Source: an uncultured virus (IMG/VR IMGVR_UViG_3300000302_000058) (lineage: Duplodnaviria; Heunggongvirae; Uroviricota; Caudoviricetes). From it: 64,000 nucleotides of DNA. Shown one piece after another: positions 1 to 10,290 of the stretch; position 1 is the stretch's first letter, and every line of letters starts with the position of its first letter. The notes under the pieces are model-generated. The model had not been told where the DNA came from, did not search any database, and saw nothing but the letters and a program-made list of their open reading frames with translations. Position numbers and translations under genes: made by a program. The DNA lies in IMG/VR virus record IMGVR_UViG_3300000302_000058, one strand, 5' to 3'.

Positions 1-83
1 TTCCATCTATTTTCTATATCTGTGCTTTGTCCAATATAGGAATGACCATTGATGCGATTTGTAATTTTATAGATACCTATCAT
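1..83 (-). CDS. GIY-YIG homing endonuclease (N-terminal part, intron-encoded; runs off window)
   Basis: Minus strand reads MIGIYKITNRINGHSYIGQSTDIENRW after a GAAAGGTGA RBS; GIY and YIG motifs are both present. Confidence 0.85.
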   Translation of the reverse strand, partial: MIGIYKITNRINGHSYIGQSTDIENRW

Positions 84-289
84 ATTAAATTCACCTTTCA
101 TACTTATCGTAGAAAGATGATATACTATACAACCGTCTTCCCACGAGATTATCTTCCTATTATATATAAAGTTTCTAGCCCCTATTTTATTCAATATTGA
201 CCAGAAGCAATAAAAAGACTTCCTCGTTAGCCGCAATTAAGCGACCCCGCTGATAAACGGAAAAGTAGATAAGGGCCAGACTATCTCTT
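1..289 (-). mobile_element. Group I intron in topoisomerase B gene (5' part)
   Basis: ORF stops inside the conserved RxKG|LGEM motif; exon end AAGGGU pairs with intron GCCCUU, giving the P1 U.G wobble at the splice site; GIY-YIG ORF lies inside. Confidence 0.8.
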
Positions 290-2009
290 ACCCTTTTAAT
301 CTTCCAATAGATTGAATCTTCTTACCATTCTTCTTTTGGTATTCACTTAGAGCAGTCTCATCTTTTAAATAGATATATTCATTCTTCTTAGTAGTTACTC
401 TAAATAACGGTGGAATAGTTGAATATACATGTCCATTTAAAAGAAGTTCTGGACATATATACCACAAAATGTTGAACAGAAGATTCTCAATTGCCGCACC
501 TGCTGGGTCAGCGTCAGTACAGGCAATAATTTTATTATAACGAAGTTTATTTTTATCATAGACAAGATGATTGTGACTGTCAAAATCCAAACCAAGAGCA
601 ACGATAAGATTATTTACCTCTTGATTTTTTAACAGCTTATCCATCGTTGTTTTACGGGCAGAAATCATCATGCCCCGAACACCATAAATAGCTTGCGTCT
701 CAGAATCACGTGCGGCCACAAGACCTGACATAGCACTTTTACCTTCGCAAATCAGTAGCTCTGCTTTACTTCTATCTTTAGTCCAAGCATCTACCAGTGT
801 TGTTGGAAGTTTAAACACCTTGTCTTTTTTCTCAGCCTTTTTCTTTACTGCTTCGCGAGCCTTTTTAGCAGCTTCAGCCGCACGTCTAGCAAGCAAAGCT
901 TTTTCGATAATCTTGCGGCCATCGTCGGGGTTGTTATCCAACCAAACTTCTAGTTGTTCACTAAAGACTTCGTTAAGGAATGGAACAAAATCTTTACTCA
1001 CGATTCGACTTTTAGTCTGGGCATCGTAAGAGATATTAGGCGAAACAAGATTAAAAACTAGCACTAATCCTTCTTGCAGAGAATCGCCATCTAGATTTTT
1101 ATCTTTCTCCTTTAGGATATTTTGTTCACGTGCCCATTTATTCATAATCTTGGTAATACAAGTCTTAATTGCGGTAATGTGTGGCCCCTGTTCTGTAAGT
1201 CCATAGTTCACATAAGCCACGATATGAGAGGAATTCTTGTCTGCATATCCTAGGCCGCAATCAATACTATATTTATCTTGTTGCTTTTGGAAAAAGAAAG
1301 GTTCTGAAATGGATTTATCTTTACCAGTAATTTGATTGACGAGATATCGCAGCCCCTCGGGATGATAAATCTTTTCTACCTTCTTATCGACAGAAAAGAT
1401 TATTTGTAGACTTGGGCACATGCCGCAAATATCATGGAACATTTTCCGTAAAAGATTAATATCTGGCAGGGGGGTTTCAAAAAATTCTTCGCTAGGTTTA
1501 AAAACGATAGTCGTACCGGAAAAGTGGTCTAATTTACCTCGTTCTCTTTTTTGAAAGACACCTTCTTTAAAAGTAATTTTTTCATAAGAAGAACCATCAT
1601 AAGAGGTAACAATAAAATAATGTGCAAGGAAGTTTGCGGCTTTACCGCCGACTCCGTTTAAACCAAGACTTGTGCCACCATATACGCCATCATCTGAATA
1701 TTTACCAGAGGTATTGATTTCATCAAATGAAGCTTGAAGAATTGTCTTACCGTCTTCTCGATGTTCCAAAAGAGGGAAACCTTGTCCTTGGTCAGAGACA
1801 ACACATTCTCCTGTTTTAGTATTGATTCCGATTTCAATCACATTACCGTGACCAAGATTATGTTCATCAAGAGCATTAGAAAAAAGCTCTACCAAGAGCT
1901 GTGTTGAATCCTTGGTAGAGCCTACATACATACCGGGCCTAAGCCGCACGTGCTCTAAAGGAGATAACGATTGAATTGAGTCTTTATCGTATAAAGTCTT
2001 ATCTTTCAT
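288..2009 (-). CDS. gyrB: Type II topoisomerase subunit B (GyrB/ParE-like), 5' exon
   Basis: EHVRLRPGMYVG, ELFSNALDE, GLNGVG ATPase motifs; TOPRIM EGKSA and DAD. Confidence 0.93.
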   Translation of the reverse strand: MKDKTLYDKDSIQSLSPLEHVRLRPGMYVGSTKDSTQLLVELFSNALDEHNLGHGNVIEIGINTKTGECVVSDQGQGFPLLEHREDGKTILQASFDEINTSGKYSDDGVYGGTSLGLNGVGGKAANFLAHYFIVTSYDGSSYEKITFKEGVFQKRERGKLDHFSGTTIVFKPSEEFFETPLPDINLLRKMFHDICGMCPSLQIIFSVDKKVEKIYHPEGLRYLVNQITGKDKSISEPFFFQKQQDKYSIDCGLGYADKNSSHIVAYVNYGLTEQGPHITAIKTCITKIMNKWAREQNILKEKDKNLDGDSLQEGLVLVFNLVSPNISYDAQTKSRIVSKDFVPFLNEVFSEQLEVWLDNNPDDGRKIIEKALLARRAAEAAKKAREAVKKKAEKKDKVFKLPTTLVDAWTKDRSKAELLICEGKSAMSGLVAARDSETQAIYGVRGMMISARKTTMDKLLKNQEVNNLIVALGLDFDSHNHLVYDKNKLRYNKIIACTDADPAGAAIENLLFNILWYICPELLLNGHVYSTIPPLFRVTTKKNEYIYLKDETALSEYQKKNGKKIQSIGRLKG

Positions 2010-2024
2010 ATTCTCCTCTACTTA

Positions 2025-2477
2025 TTATCGTTGTGGCTCCCAATCATAGAGGGGAGCGTACTTATTATAATCAGTAATTGTAATAGTTGTGGTAAGAGCT
2101 GGGAAATGATGCGGTTCAAACTCTTGTTCCGCAGTTACGAAATACTCGACGTTCCACTTGTTGCAGTAAGCGTGAATCGACTCCATAATTGCATGGAATT
2201 CATCAGACTTTTCTTTATTAGCTTTGCGTTCGAGATAATCCTTGGTGTCAATCTTATCCACAATATATTTATAAGTAATATCATTACGACGCCACTTATT
2301 AAAGTCTGCCGTACATTCTACAACCTTGACTACTTTATACGGCATATCGCCATATCCCGCAGGAACAATTACATAGTCCCCAGTACAGACTTGTCCAATA
2401 AGAGCCGATGGAAGAAGATAGGTATACTTCTTGTCGCTAGTACCAAATTGAACTTTTACAGCGACCGCCTTTTCCAT
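2025..2477 (-). CDS. hypothetical phage protein
   Basis: ORF with AGGAG RBS in co-oriented gene run. Confidence 0.6.
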   Translation of the reverse strand: MEKAVAVKVQFGTSDKKYTYLLPSALIGQVCTGDYVIVPAGYGDMPYKVVKVVECTADFNKWRRNDITYKYIVDKIDTKDYLERKANKEKSDEFHAIMESIHAYCNKWNVEYFVTAEQEFEPHHFPALTTTITITDYNKYAPLYDWEPQR

Positions 2478-2478
2478 T

Positions 2479-2928
2479 TTATTTCTCCTTCTTGCCAAAG
2501 TTGCGACGAGATTCTAGAGTTTCTTCAATGAACTCAGGATAACGCTGACGCATTTCCTCAGCAACTTTGAGATACTTTCGGCCATCACGTTCTGCATAGT
2601 AAGCTTGGTCACGCATCATACCAAGAACTTTGTTAAATTCTTTGTTATTTGCGATACGCGGTACACCATCAGTATACATAGCACGAGCAATTACCGTAGC
2701 AGCGTGATTAATACCATTAGACCGCTCAATAAAAGCGTGCCCCTTAGCGATAAGCTTGTCAATTACACAAAGATAGTGGGCGAATTTACAGCCGTCCCAA
2801 CGATTAGCTACGTCTGTGTCCTCCGGGTCTACTACAACAGTACGAGTAAAAGTTCCCCAATGCGTTCCAAGAGTCACTTGAGAAAGGCCGGAATCTTCAT
2901 CGTACCAAGCATCAATAATCTTATCCAT
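2479..2928 (-). CDS. hypothetical phage protein
   Basis: ORF with AAGGAG RBS, tightly packed. Confidence 0.65.
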   Translation of the reverse strand: MDKIIDAWYDEDSGLSQVTLGTHWGTFTRTVVVDPEDTDVANRWDGCKFAHYLCVIDKLIAKGHAFIERSNGINHAATVIARAMYTDGVPRIANNKEFNKVLGMMRDQAYYAERDGRKYLKVAEEMRQRYPEFIEETLESRRNFGKKEK

Positions 2929-3766
2929 GACACTCCTTCGTTATACTTTGTTTAATCATTTGAAAAGCAATTTCATTTAATATCTCTTTTACGTTTGCGG
3001 CTAAAACGGCGAAATCTTTTTTACAAGGTTCAATTGCCGCCAAATATTTTTCTATTTCTTGGTCCAATATCTCTAAAGACAATTTCGCATTTTCAACCGC
3101 TTGTTTTTTCGTGCAAGTGTTTTGTGGTGTTTTGATATATTTAATATAACTTCGATTATGTGGTATTTCGTTATTTTGCAAACACTCCTCGTAAGAAGTC
3201 CCTTTCATAAAACGAGTTCCAAATAAAGCACATCTAGCCAAATGATGCAGAGATTTTTTATCATATCCCCATTTAACAATATCTTGTTCACGAGAAGGAG
3301 ATATTTTTAACATTTGCTCATATTTTTGATGCGCTGTTCCTTGAACACATTTTACAGTTGCTATTGGATTACAACCAGAAATAACATCTCGCATTTGATG
3401 AATATAATCAAAATACTTGTCGTATTTTGGATTAATGATATATACCTGTGCATATAAGGTTTCAACATAGTTAATATTCTGTTTTAACATCGTAGCAAAA
3501 TAATGCCGAATATCTTTAACTTCTACATGCTCATCGTTATCAGACATGTGATGCACATAATTCAACTCATTTTTAAAAACCAGTTGCTCTAACGACGGAA
3601 TAACTAATAATTTACTATCAACGTCAGATTGCGGCGTATCCATATTATAGTTATAAGAACCGTTGACCGCAATCATAAACCAATCGTGAATTTTCGGATT
3701 TTGAAGAACTTCGTCTAAATGCTCTTTTAGTCTTTTATGGACTCTATTATATTTCTCTAATTCCAT
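2921..3766 (-). CDS. Pol-beta-superfamily nucleotidyltransferase (phage NrdC.11/YcgL-like)
   Basis: GSYNYNMDTPQSDVD (GS...DxD) motif; KQNINYVETLY; GYDKKSLHHLAR. Confidence 0.75.
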   Translation of the reverse strand: MELEKYNRVHKRLKEHLDEVLQNPKIHDWFMIAVNGSYNYNMDTPQSDVDSKLLVIPSLEQLVFKNELNYVHHMSDNDEHVEVKDIRHYFATMLKQNINYVETLYAQVYIINPKYDKYFDYIHQMRDVISGCNPIATVKCVQGTAHQKYEQMLKISPSREQDIVKWGYDKKSLHHLARCALFGTRFMKGTSYEECLQNNEIPHNRSYIKYIKTPQNTCTKKQAVENAKLSLEILDQEIEKYLAAIEPCKKDFAVLAANVKEILNEIAFQMIKQSITKECHG

Positions 3767-3768
3767 AT

Positions 3769-3966
3769 CTACTCACTATCTAGTTCAGAGTCCTTTGTCA
3801 TTTGTTCACGTTCACGTTCTTTCTGTTGACGTTTGCGACGAATCGAGTCTCCTTTACGTTCACGACGATAAGATTCGTCTTTAAAACCGGGCTTACGACC
3901 AAAACGTTCAACCGTTAGAAAATCATCATCCTCGTAATCTTCTAGGTCGCGCATGATGTTACGCAT
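3769..3966 (-). CDS. hypothetical small charged protein
   Basis: ORF with GGAGG RBS. Confidence 0.55.
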   Translation of the reverse strand: MRNIMRDLEDYEDDDFLTVERFGRKPGFKDESYRRERKGDSIRRKRQQKEREREQMTKDSELDSE

Positions 3967-3974
3967 TATTCCTC

Positions 3975-4157
3975 CTAACGGACGTTATCGAAGATGAAAA
4001 AATTCTTACAAGAAGAGCAAGCCATAGTATTGGTACCCTCGATTTGAATCATTGGGGCACCACATTGGTGGCACTTATACTCACGAGGCTTACGCTTACG
4101 CTCCTTCGGCTTTTCCGCAAGACCAGCATCTACAAGACTCTTCTGAAGTGCGTTCAT
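3975..4157 (-). CDS. small zinc-ribbon protein
   Basis: CHQC...CSSC motif, RBS present. Confidence 0.6.
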   Translation of the reverse strand: MNALQKSLVDAGLAEKPKERKRKPREYKCHQCGAPMIQIEGTNTMACSSCKNFFIFDNVR

Positions 4158-4179
4158 TAATTAACTCCTTTTGTTTTAA

Positions 4180-4449
4180 TTACCAAATAGAATCAACGTG
4201 GTTATCAGTTACATGAACTGAAGTGTACCCCTCTTTGGCAAGGTTCATACCTAGTTCAATGAATTTAACAATTTCTTCCGCAGAAGTCAAGCTGCGTAGA
4301 ATAATGGCATCTTCGGGGCAATCGGTTAGATTACAAACATCGTAAAGCAGATTCCCTGCACTATCTTCAAGATGTTGAATGCGCGGATAATCATCGCCTA
4401 AGTCTGAATCAGATTCCCACGTAATAGTTACTTCAAAAGGCTTATCCAT
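4180..4449 (-). CDS. hypothetical phage protein
   Basis: ORF with AGGAG RBS before MDKPFEV. Confidence 0.55.
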   Translation of the reverse strand: MDKPFEVTITWESDSDLGDDYPRIQHLEDSAGNLLYDVCNLTDCPEDAIILRSLTSAEEIVKFIELGMNLAKEGYTSVHVTDNHVDSIW

Positions 4450-4545
4450 TTTATCTCCTATCAATATTTTGTTCCGCACCAGATAATAAAAGCTATCAAA
4501 TCAATAATAACCAGTGTCACACACATATATAGTAAAGTCATTATA

Positions 4546-4914
4546 TCACACATCCAAATCTTGAATCAAGTGTAAATAAACTGGCACTCCAAGCTTTGCG
4601 GCGAAATCAATAGTATATTTTGTTCCGTGACTTTTACCATCCCAAAAGGCAACAACAAGGTCACTATATGCCACTAAATCTTCATCACGTTTTAACGGAG
4701 CATATTTGCCACCATAAATTTCATACTGCGGGAGAAATGCCACAAATTCAATACCATTCTTTTTTGCCCACTTCTCGGCTATGGTATCTACTCCGTTGGC
4801 CCCACCGCAAATCAATTCTCCATAATCTTTTGGGTCAAGATAAAAATCAAGATTTAAATCTTTGATAGACCTTGAACCGCAAACACAAACAATTGGTTTA
4901 CTACTCTTGGGCAT
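4546..4914 (-). CDS. SLOG/YspA (DUF2493)-like protein
   Basis: VCGSR, GGANGVD, AFWDGKSHGT motifs. Confidence 0.75.
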   Translation of the reverse strand: MPKSSKPIVCVCGSRSIKDLNLDFYLDPKDYGELICGGANGVDTIAEKWAKKNGIEFVAFLPQYEIYGGKYAPLKRDEDLVAYSDLVVAFWDGKSHGTKYTIDFAAKLGVPVYLHLIQDLDV

Positions 4915-5158
4915 ATATCTCACCAATATCGTATTCGAAATAATCTTCCTCGGTGACTGTCACATCGCCATAATCTCCATTTTTCTCAATGATAAGGTGC
5001 GGCGTACCATATCGTCCACGATATTTATCAGCAACAGTGCCGTTCTCAAACGTAGCACTAGTACAACTGTTTACTGCAATTGCCAAGAAGAAAATAATCA
5101 CTAATAGAACGCCAGCAATAATTACAGCATCCAGCGAAGTATCATCACCGTAATACAT
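4901..5158 (-). CDS. small membrane protein
   Basis: N-terminal hydrophobic helix. Confidence 0.55.
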   Translation of the reverse strand: MYYGDDTSLDAVIIAGVLLVIIFFLAIAVNSCTSATFENGTVADKYRGRYGTPHLIIEKNGDYGDVTVTEEDYFEYDIGEIYAQE

Positions 5159-5520
5159 TAATCATCCTCATTCCAAACTATAATATAGAATTGAGAAGTG
5201 GTATAATAAATAGCATCACAGTCATTAATATCATACCCAAAAGGCTTAAGTAGTTGACGAAGAAGAAGATAACTGGCTTGATAATCTAGCTTCATCTTTT
5301 GATTAAAATCCTGAAGATAAACTCCCAGTTCAGAATCTTGCGGCCAAACGCAAGTAAAATCATTACCAGTCTTCTCTTTATGTCCTTTTAATGCTTGTTG
5401 CACAATCTGTTCAGGAATACGAATACNNNNNNNNNNNNNNNNNNNNNNNNNNNNNNNNNNNNNNNNNNNNNNNNNNNNNNNNNNNNNNNNNNNNNNNNNN
5501 NNNNNNNNNNNNNNNTACAC

Positions 5521-5814
5521 TTACTCATTATCTAACTCCTCTTGGACCCCATCAATTACAATTACATCAATTCCACGACGGGTATAGATATACCCAACCT
5601 CACAATAAATAGACACGGCATTGGGTGAGATATTCAGCTCTGGCCGCATCTTGCTAAGAATCTCTGCGAAATAAATAAGTTCATCGCCAAGCTTTGCCTG
5701 AACAATTGCTCCCACGTATTTTACCTCGGCATTAGGACTCCACTCTCGAATAATATCTTCTACCTCTTCATAAGAAAAGCCAAAGCATCGAATATTAGAA
5801 GAGAACATTACCAA
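5521..5814 (-). CDS. hypothetical phage protein
   Basis: ORF overlapping neighbours in the operon. Confidence 0.5.
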   Translation of the reverse strand: MVMFSSNIRCFGFSYEEVEDIIREWSPNAEVKYVGAIVQAKLGDELIYFAEILSKMRPELNISPNAVSIYCEVGYIYTRRGIDVIVIDGVQEELDNE

Positions 5815-6257
5815 ATCCTTTCATGAGCATATCCCATATCGGTGGTATAATAAAAGTCTCGGATTCCCTTGTCTCGCATAGCTTTCATACAAGCCGCACA
5901 CGGACGGCTAAGACCGATACCATACTCTAGTCCGGGACAGATACGTACAGTATAGCACTTAACTTTCTTCCAGTCAACCTGCTGAGCTATTGGATAACTG
6001 ACCTTCTTCAAAGCCATCATTTCAGCGTGACCAGAATGATTGATACACCCCTTGGTAGTATGATTGAAATGGCGATAACGATTATACTTCTTCTGAATGG
6101 GGTCAGACTTCTCGGTATTATGGGCCGCAGAAAGAATCTTTCCCTGATATACTAAAACACAGCCGACATGAAAACGCGGGAAATCACTCTGTTCCGCAAT
6201 CTCATAAGCAAGATTAAAGAATCGTATATCAGAGTTCTTAATATCAAACAAATCCAT
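5808..6257 (-). CDS. Zn-dependent nucleotide/tRNA deaminase (CDA/TadA fold)
   Basis: HAE and PCAAC motifs, VGCVLV strand. Confidence 0.8.
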   Translation of the reverse strand: MDLFDIKNSDIRFFNLAYEIAEQSDFPRFHVGCVLVYQGKILSAAHNTEKSDPIQKKYNRYRHFNHTTKGCINHSGHAEMMALKKVSYPIAQQVDWKKVKCYTVRICPGLEYGIGLSRPCAACMKAMRDKGIRDFYYTTDMGYAHERIW

Positions 6258-6319
6258 AATAAAAAACTCTTTCTCTCGAATATAATATTATTATACTATA
6301 TCCAAGAGAAAGAGTCAAA

Positions 6320-6826
6320 TTATTTTAGGCCTTTCTTTTTACGTTCTTCTTCGATTCGTTTATCTAAACAAGAAGCCCAGCCACTATCTGTCTCAATATC
6401 ATATCGTTTTAAATGATATCTAGCATCTGAATCTTTACTAGCTTCTGCGGCAATGCCCGGAGGTTGATTTCTTACCGCGATACAATACGCATACATAGTT
6501 AGTTTATAAATATCGCTAGGATAAAGATTCTCTAACATGATAACTTGGTCATTACGAAAAATCAAATAAGTAAGTTCAGAACGCGCAAAACCTACCCTTT
6601 GAGTCGCAGTACAATTTTCTCTTTGCTGGGCTTTGACAATGCAACTAATAATATCTTCAAGCGTTGCTACATGCTGACGGTAGCCATTATGAATACGCCA
6701 GCCAAGATATAATTCTATTTCGTGGCACATGCGGCGAAACATATATCGTTCTTCAGGAATATCTTTTTCAAGCCACCACTGATGAATAGATTCTAATGTT
6801 TCTCTCCCAAATTCTTGAGCAAGCAT
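6320..6826 (-). CDS. hypothetical phage protein
   Basis: 168-aa ORF in gene run. Confidence 0.5.
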   Translation of the reverse strand: MLAQEFGRETLESIHQWWLEKDIPEERYMFRRMCHEIELYLGWRIHNGYRQHVATLEDIISCIVKAQQRENCTATQRVGFARSELTYLIFRNDQVIMLENLYPSDIYKLTMYAYCIAVRNQPPGIAAEASKDSDARYHLKRYDIETDSGWASCLDKRIEEERKKKGLK

Positions 6827-6970
6827 TTTTTTAAATCAAGCATTTGCAGACTTCTATTGCCACATGGAAATTTAAAATCACCATTAGGATAACGATATTC
6901 TTCTTTTGCATATTGCGCGGGGTCGAACTCTCGTTCTTCACCCCAATAGTCTACAATAGTTACCATTCTT

Positions 6971-8155
6971 TTACCCCTTAGCCTTAAAATTATAGATTGG
7001 ATAAATATGCTCGATAATTTCTGCGTTATCTCCAATAGCCTGCTCAATTAGTTCTGCGGGCTTGTAAGCATCAGGAGCTTCGTCAATCGTAGAAGAGCAA
7101 ACCGAGGTAGTATAGATGCCCTCCATCGACTTCTCGTAGTTGGCAAGGTCAAGAGTGCGGCGAGCCTCACCACGAGAGAGAATGCGACCAGCACCGTGCG
7201 GCAAAGAACAATTCCAATCGGGGTTACCCTTGCCCCGCACGATTAGAGAACCGTCACGCATATTCAGAGGAATAATACCAAGTTCTTCCTCATAAGCCGC
7301 AATTGCCCCCTTACGAATAATCTTATGCTCAGTATCAACATAGTTATGAATAGAGGAAATATCCTCGGAATACGTCCATCCAGTTTTCATAGCGATAAAA
7401 GAAGCAATCGTGCAATGATTCAAATAAGACCACTTACGTAGCATGTCCATATCGTGAAGATAGTCTTCCATATCCTGACCTTCAATATAGCAAAGGTCAT
7501 CAATAGGCTCGGCGGCAATCTCGATGTTACGAATTTCAATAAGCTGCTGAATAGCGTCAAAGTATTCCTTCTTACGCTTCTCAGCAATCATTTGTCCATA
7601 ACGGTCGTAGATTTCCTTCTTGCGGGCATCGCGAGCTGCAATAGCAAGCTTCTGATAATAATTGGCTACACGAAGACCGAGGTTACGAGAGCCGCAGTGA
7701 ACCGCAAGATACTTGTTTTCGTCATTCCCCTCAACAGCGATATAGTGGTTTCCCGAACCGAGAGTTCCCATCGACTTACGGTAACGCTCTTCACCATCCT
7801 TGATACCATTCCAACAACGCAACTCCTTATAAGGAAACTGCTGAGACTCTACTGGCTCGTTTTGACGAATAGAATTTCCAGAAGGAACGTGCTCGTGAAT
7901 AGCCTTATCAAGAACATCAAGGTCGATTTCGCCGTCGATACGAAAAAGAGAAACGCGGCAAGCGATATCTACTCCAACAGTACAAGGAACAATCTTATCA
8001 TCGTAAGTAGAAGTAAAACCTACAACCGCTCCCTTTCCAGCGTGAGCATCGGGCATAATAGCAATATCCTGCTCGCGGTAAGCCTCAGACTCACGAATAA
8101 TCTTCAACTGTTCGTCAAGCGTATCGTTTCCACAAACAGCGTAGTTATGAAACAT
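6971..8155 (-). CDS. rtcB: RNA-splicing/repair ligase RtcB
   Basis: MPDAHAGKG, VGVDIAC, GTLGSGNHY, HNY, HGAGR, DEAPDAYK motifs. Confidence 0.95.
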   Translation of the reverse strand: MFHNYAVCGNDTLDEQLKIIRESEAYREQDIAIMPDAHAGKGAVVGFTSTYDDKIVPCTVGVDIACRVSLFRIDGEIDLDVLDKAIHEHVPSGNSIRQNEPVESQQFPYKELRCWNGIKDGEERYRKSMGTLGSGNHYIAVEGNDENKYLAVHCGSRNLGLRVANYYQKLAIAARDARKKEIYDRYGQMIAEKRKKEYFDAIQQLIEIRNIEIAAEPIDDLCYIEGQDMEDYLHDMDMLRKWSYLNHCTIASFIAMKTGWTYSEDISSIHNYVDTEHKIIRKGAIAAYEEELGIIPLNMRDGSLIVRGKGNPDWNCSLPHGAGRILSRGEARRTLDLANYEKSMEGIYTTSVCSSTIDEAPDAYKPAELIEQAIGDNAEIIEHIYPIYNFKAKG

Positions 8156-8158
8156 TTA

Positions 8159-8722
8159 TTACCCCTTCTTAGCCTTGTTCCTATCAACACAAGGCATTAC
8201 AATAACATCAAAATATCCATTACAGCCAGCATTGATGTGAGCGTGAAGAACCTCCTGTGTCCAATCAATATCGGTCGTACCGTTAGAACCACACTTATCT
8301 GCTTTGACCGCCTTACCAAGTGCTGCAATCGCCGCAAGATACTCAGGATTCACGCCCATCACAATATCAAGAGGGTGCTTATAATCACTTTCAATAATCT
8401 TATCAGGGTCTTTAACCATCTTAGACTCATAATCAACATCGCAAGCAGTACCGTCAATGTAGATTGTCGTACCTGCGGGAATCTTATTCATTCGTGGAGC
8501 AAAGTAAAACTCGTTATCGTTACCCTCGTGACCATCGGGGTCTGCTGACCGCACAGCAACATACTCTTCCTTGGGAGTCCAGCGACACATAGCGAAAGAA
8601 TTAGTTGCATACACTTTACCATGATAGAAAAACAGATTAGCAAGCTGCGGAGCTGCCTTGGTGCCGCCTGCAAACTTCATCATAGCGTTATAGATACGAC
8701 CGGACATTTTCAGAGCACTCAC
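8159..8722 (-). CDS. hypothetical protein, weakly sliding-clamp(beta)-domain-like
   Basis: YATNSFAM and GVNPEYL segments recall beta-clamp motifs; has own promoter. Confidence 0.35.
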   Translation of the reverse strand: MSALKMSGRIYNAMMKFAGGTKAAPQLANLFFYHGKVYATNSFAMCRWTPKEEYVAVRSADPDGHEGNDNEFYFAPRMNKIPAGTTIYIDGTACDVDYESKMVKDPDKIIESDYKHPLDIVMGVNPEYLAAIAALGKAVKADKCGSNGTTDIDWTQEVLHAHINAGCNGYFDVIVMPCVDRNKAKKG

Positions 8723-9207
8723 GTGTTTTTCCTTTCTCTCTTGAACTATATATATTATAGCACAAGAAAAAAGGGCAGTCAAACACGTTACCGTGTCTAA
8801 CTGCCCAAGTATTTAAAACTCTGTATAATTAATAGCAAAGTTTTTAAGTCTTTTTAAAGTTTCATTATCCTCTTGGAAAAAATTAATTCTATCTGTAGAA
8901 TCTCCAAGAGCACAAACATTGGAAAATAATTGTGTTAAACGCCAATCAGGGTATGCGTGCCAAATAGCCGCAATTAAATCACAAATCTCGTCAATTCGCT
9001 CAGGGTCACGCATAAGTATCATCCTCAATTTTCGCCCGACAATTAGCACATCTTTTATTACTAAGAAAATTTCCTGTCCCGCATAGTGAACAAGTTCCAG
9101 TAAATTCTTGTATATCAGAATGAAATTTTAACGAAAGTAAATGACAGGTTTTATTATAATTATCTACTAATCGTTTAGAAGGTTCACATTTCCGCATAAA
9201 AGGCGGT

Positions 9208-10290
9208 TTAAGCCACTCTTTCATTATCATATCTATCAAAAACCTCCAACATTCTAGTAATCATAGGATTATAAGAAACCATAAATCGTTCTGTGTTATG
9301 TTCTATTATACTCAAAATATCCTCAATGTCAATATTATTAATTTGACTAAAAGGAATTCTAATAAGTAAAATATCATGATTGGTACAATAATCTGATTTA
9401 ATTTTATCTCTATATTGAATATCTTCTAAAGATTCTAGTTCAGCAAAAGAGCCTTTTGATTGAAAATGTTGTTTTCCATCAAATTCTATACAAGTGTTAT
9501 AATCTGGCAAATAAAAATCAAATCTCAGTTTTCTATTTGTTTTAGGATTGACACAATTTTCAAAACTATACTCTCTTAAAAAATCAATTCCTTTTTTCGA
9601 TAATAATGAAGATATAACGGTTTCTCCAATAGACATTTGACAACCACAAGAACTATGTCCAGACATAATTGCCGATTGTGTTCTAATAACAGTATTTCCA
9701 CAATCACATCGACATTTCCAAAAACGATTATTTTTATTCTTGCCAATATATTCTATAACAGTTAGTTTACCATATGTCTCTTCTGTTAAGTCAATAAAAT
9801 ATTTTTGGTCTAAAATTTCTTGTTCTAAGCAGCCGCAAGAGCGAGTATTTCCGCTCGTTAAATTTCCACCTTTTACAACCGTATTGTTTCCACAATCGCA
9901 ATGGCATTTATACATAATGGTATTATCTATAATAACTTGTTCTGTAACTATTAATTTGCCAAAACGTTTTCCAAGAAATTTTTTAGCAGCCTTTTTGCGT
10001 ATATTCTTAGCTAAAAGACAACCGCAAGATTTAGTAGCATTGTTTTTTACATTTGGTATTGTAGCCATAAAAGAAGTTCCGCAAAATCCACATTTAAATA
10101 TCGCTCTTCGAGTTTTCTTGCCTTGTGGAGAAACATAGGGATCTATTTCTTGAATAAATGTTACTCCATACTTTCCAACCGGTTCTCCCTCAGTGTATAT
10201 ATAAGGCTTAGGCATTTTAATATCCCGCTTCCGTAAAGCGTTTAATAACTTCTGCGGTAATACCAGAACGTACAATATCTTCAAATCCAA
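9208..10290 (-). CDS. Cys-rich free-standing endonuclease (repeated CxCxCG modules plus C-terminal PD-(D/E)xK/Vsr-like domain)
   Basis: KSCGC repeats; [21 protein letters not shown]...LIRIPF; AT-rich; true start probably MPKPY near 10215. Confidence 0.75.
   Translation of the reverse strand: MDLKILYVLVLPQKLLNALRKRDIKMPKPYIYTEGEPVGKYGVTFIQEIDPYVSPQGKKTRRAIFKCGFCGTSFMATIPNVKNNATKSCGCLLAKNIRKKAAKKFLGKRFGKLIVTEQVIIDNTIMYKCHCDCGNNTVVKGGNLTSGNTRSCGCLEQEILDQKYFIDLTEETYGKLTVIEYIGKNKNNRFWKCRCDCGNTVIRTQSAIMSGHSSCGCQMSIGETVISSLLSKKGIDFLREYSFENCVNPKTNRKLRFDFYLPDYNTCIEFDGKQHFQSKGSFAELESLEDIQYRDKIKSDYCTNHDILLIRIPFSQINNIDIEDILSIIEHNTERFMVSYNPMITRMLEVFDRYDNERVA

Noticed and set aside
7454..8548. Long plus-strand ORFs (also 37524-38534, 40524-41138, 52744-53352)
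   Set aside because: Antisense shadows of rtcB, the RNA ligase, vWA and wHTH genes caused by codon bias; no RBS or motifs
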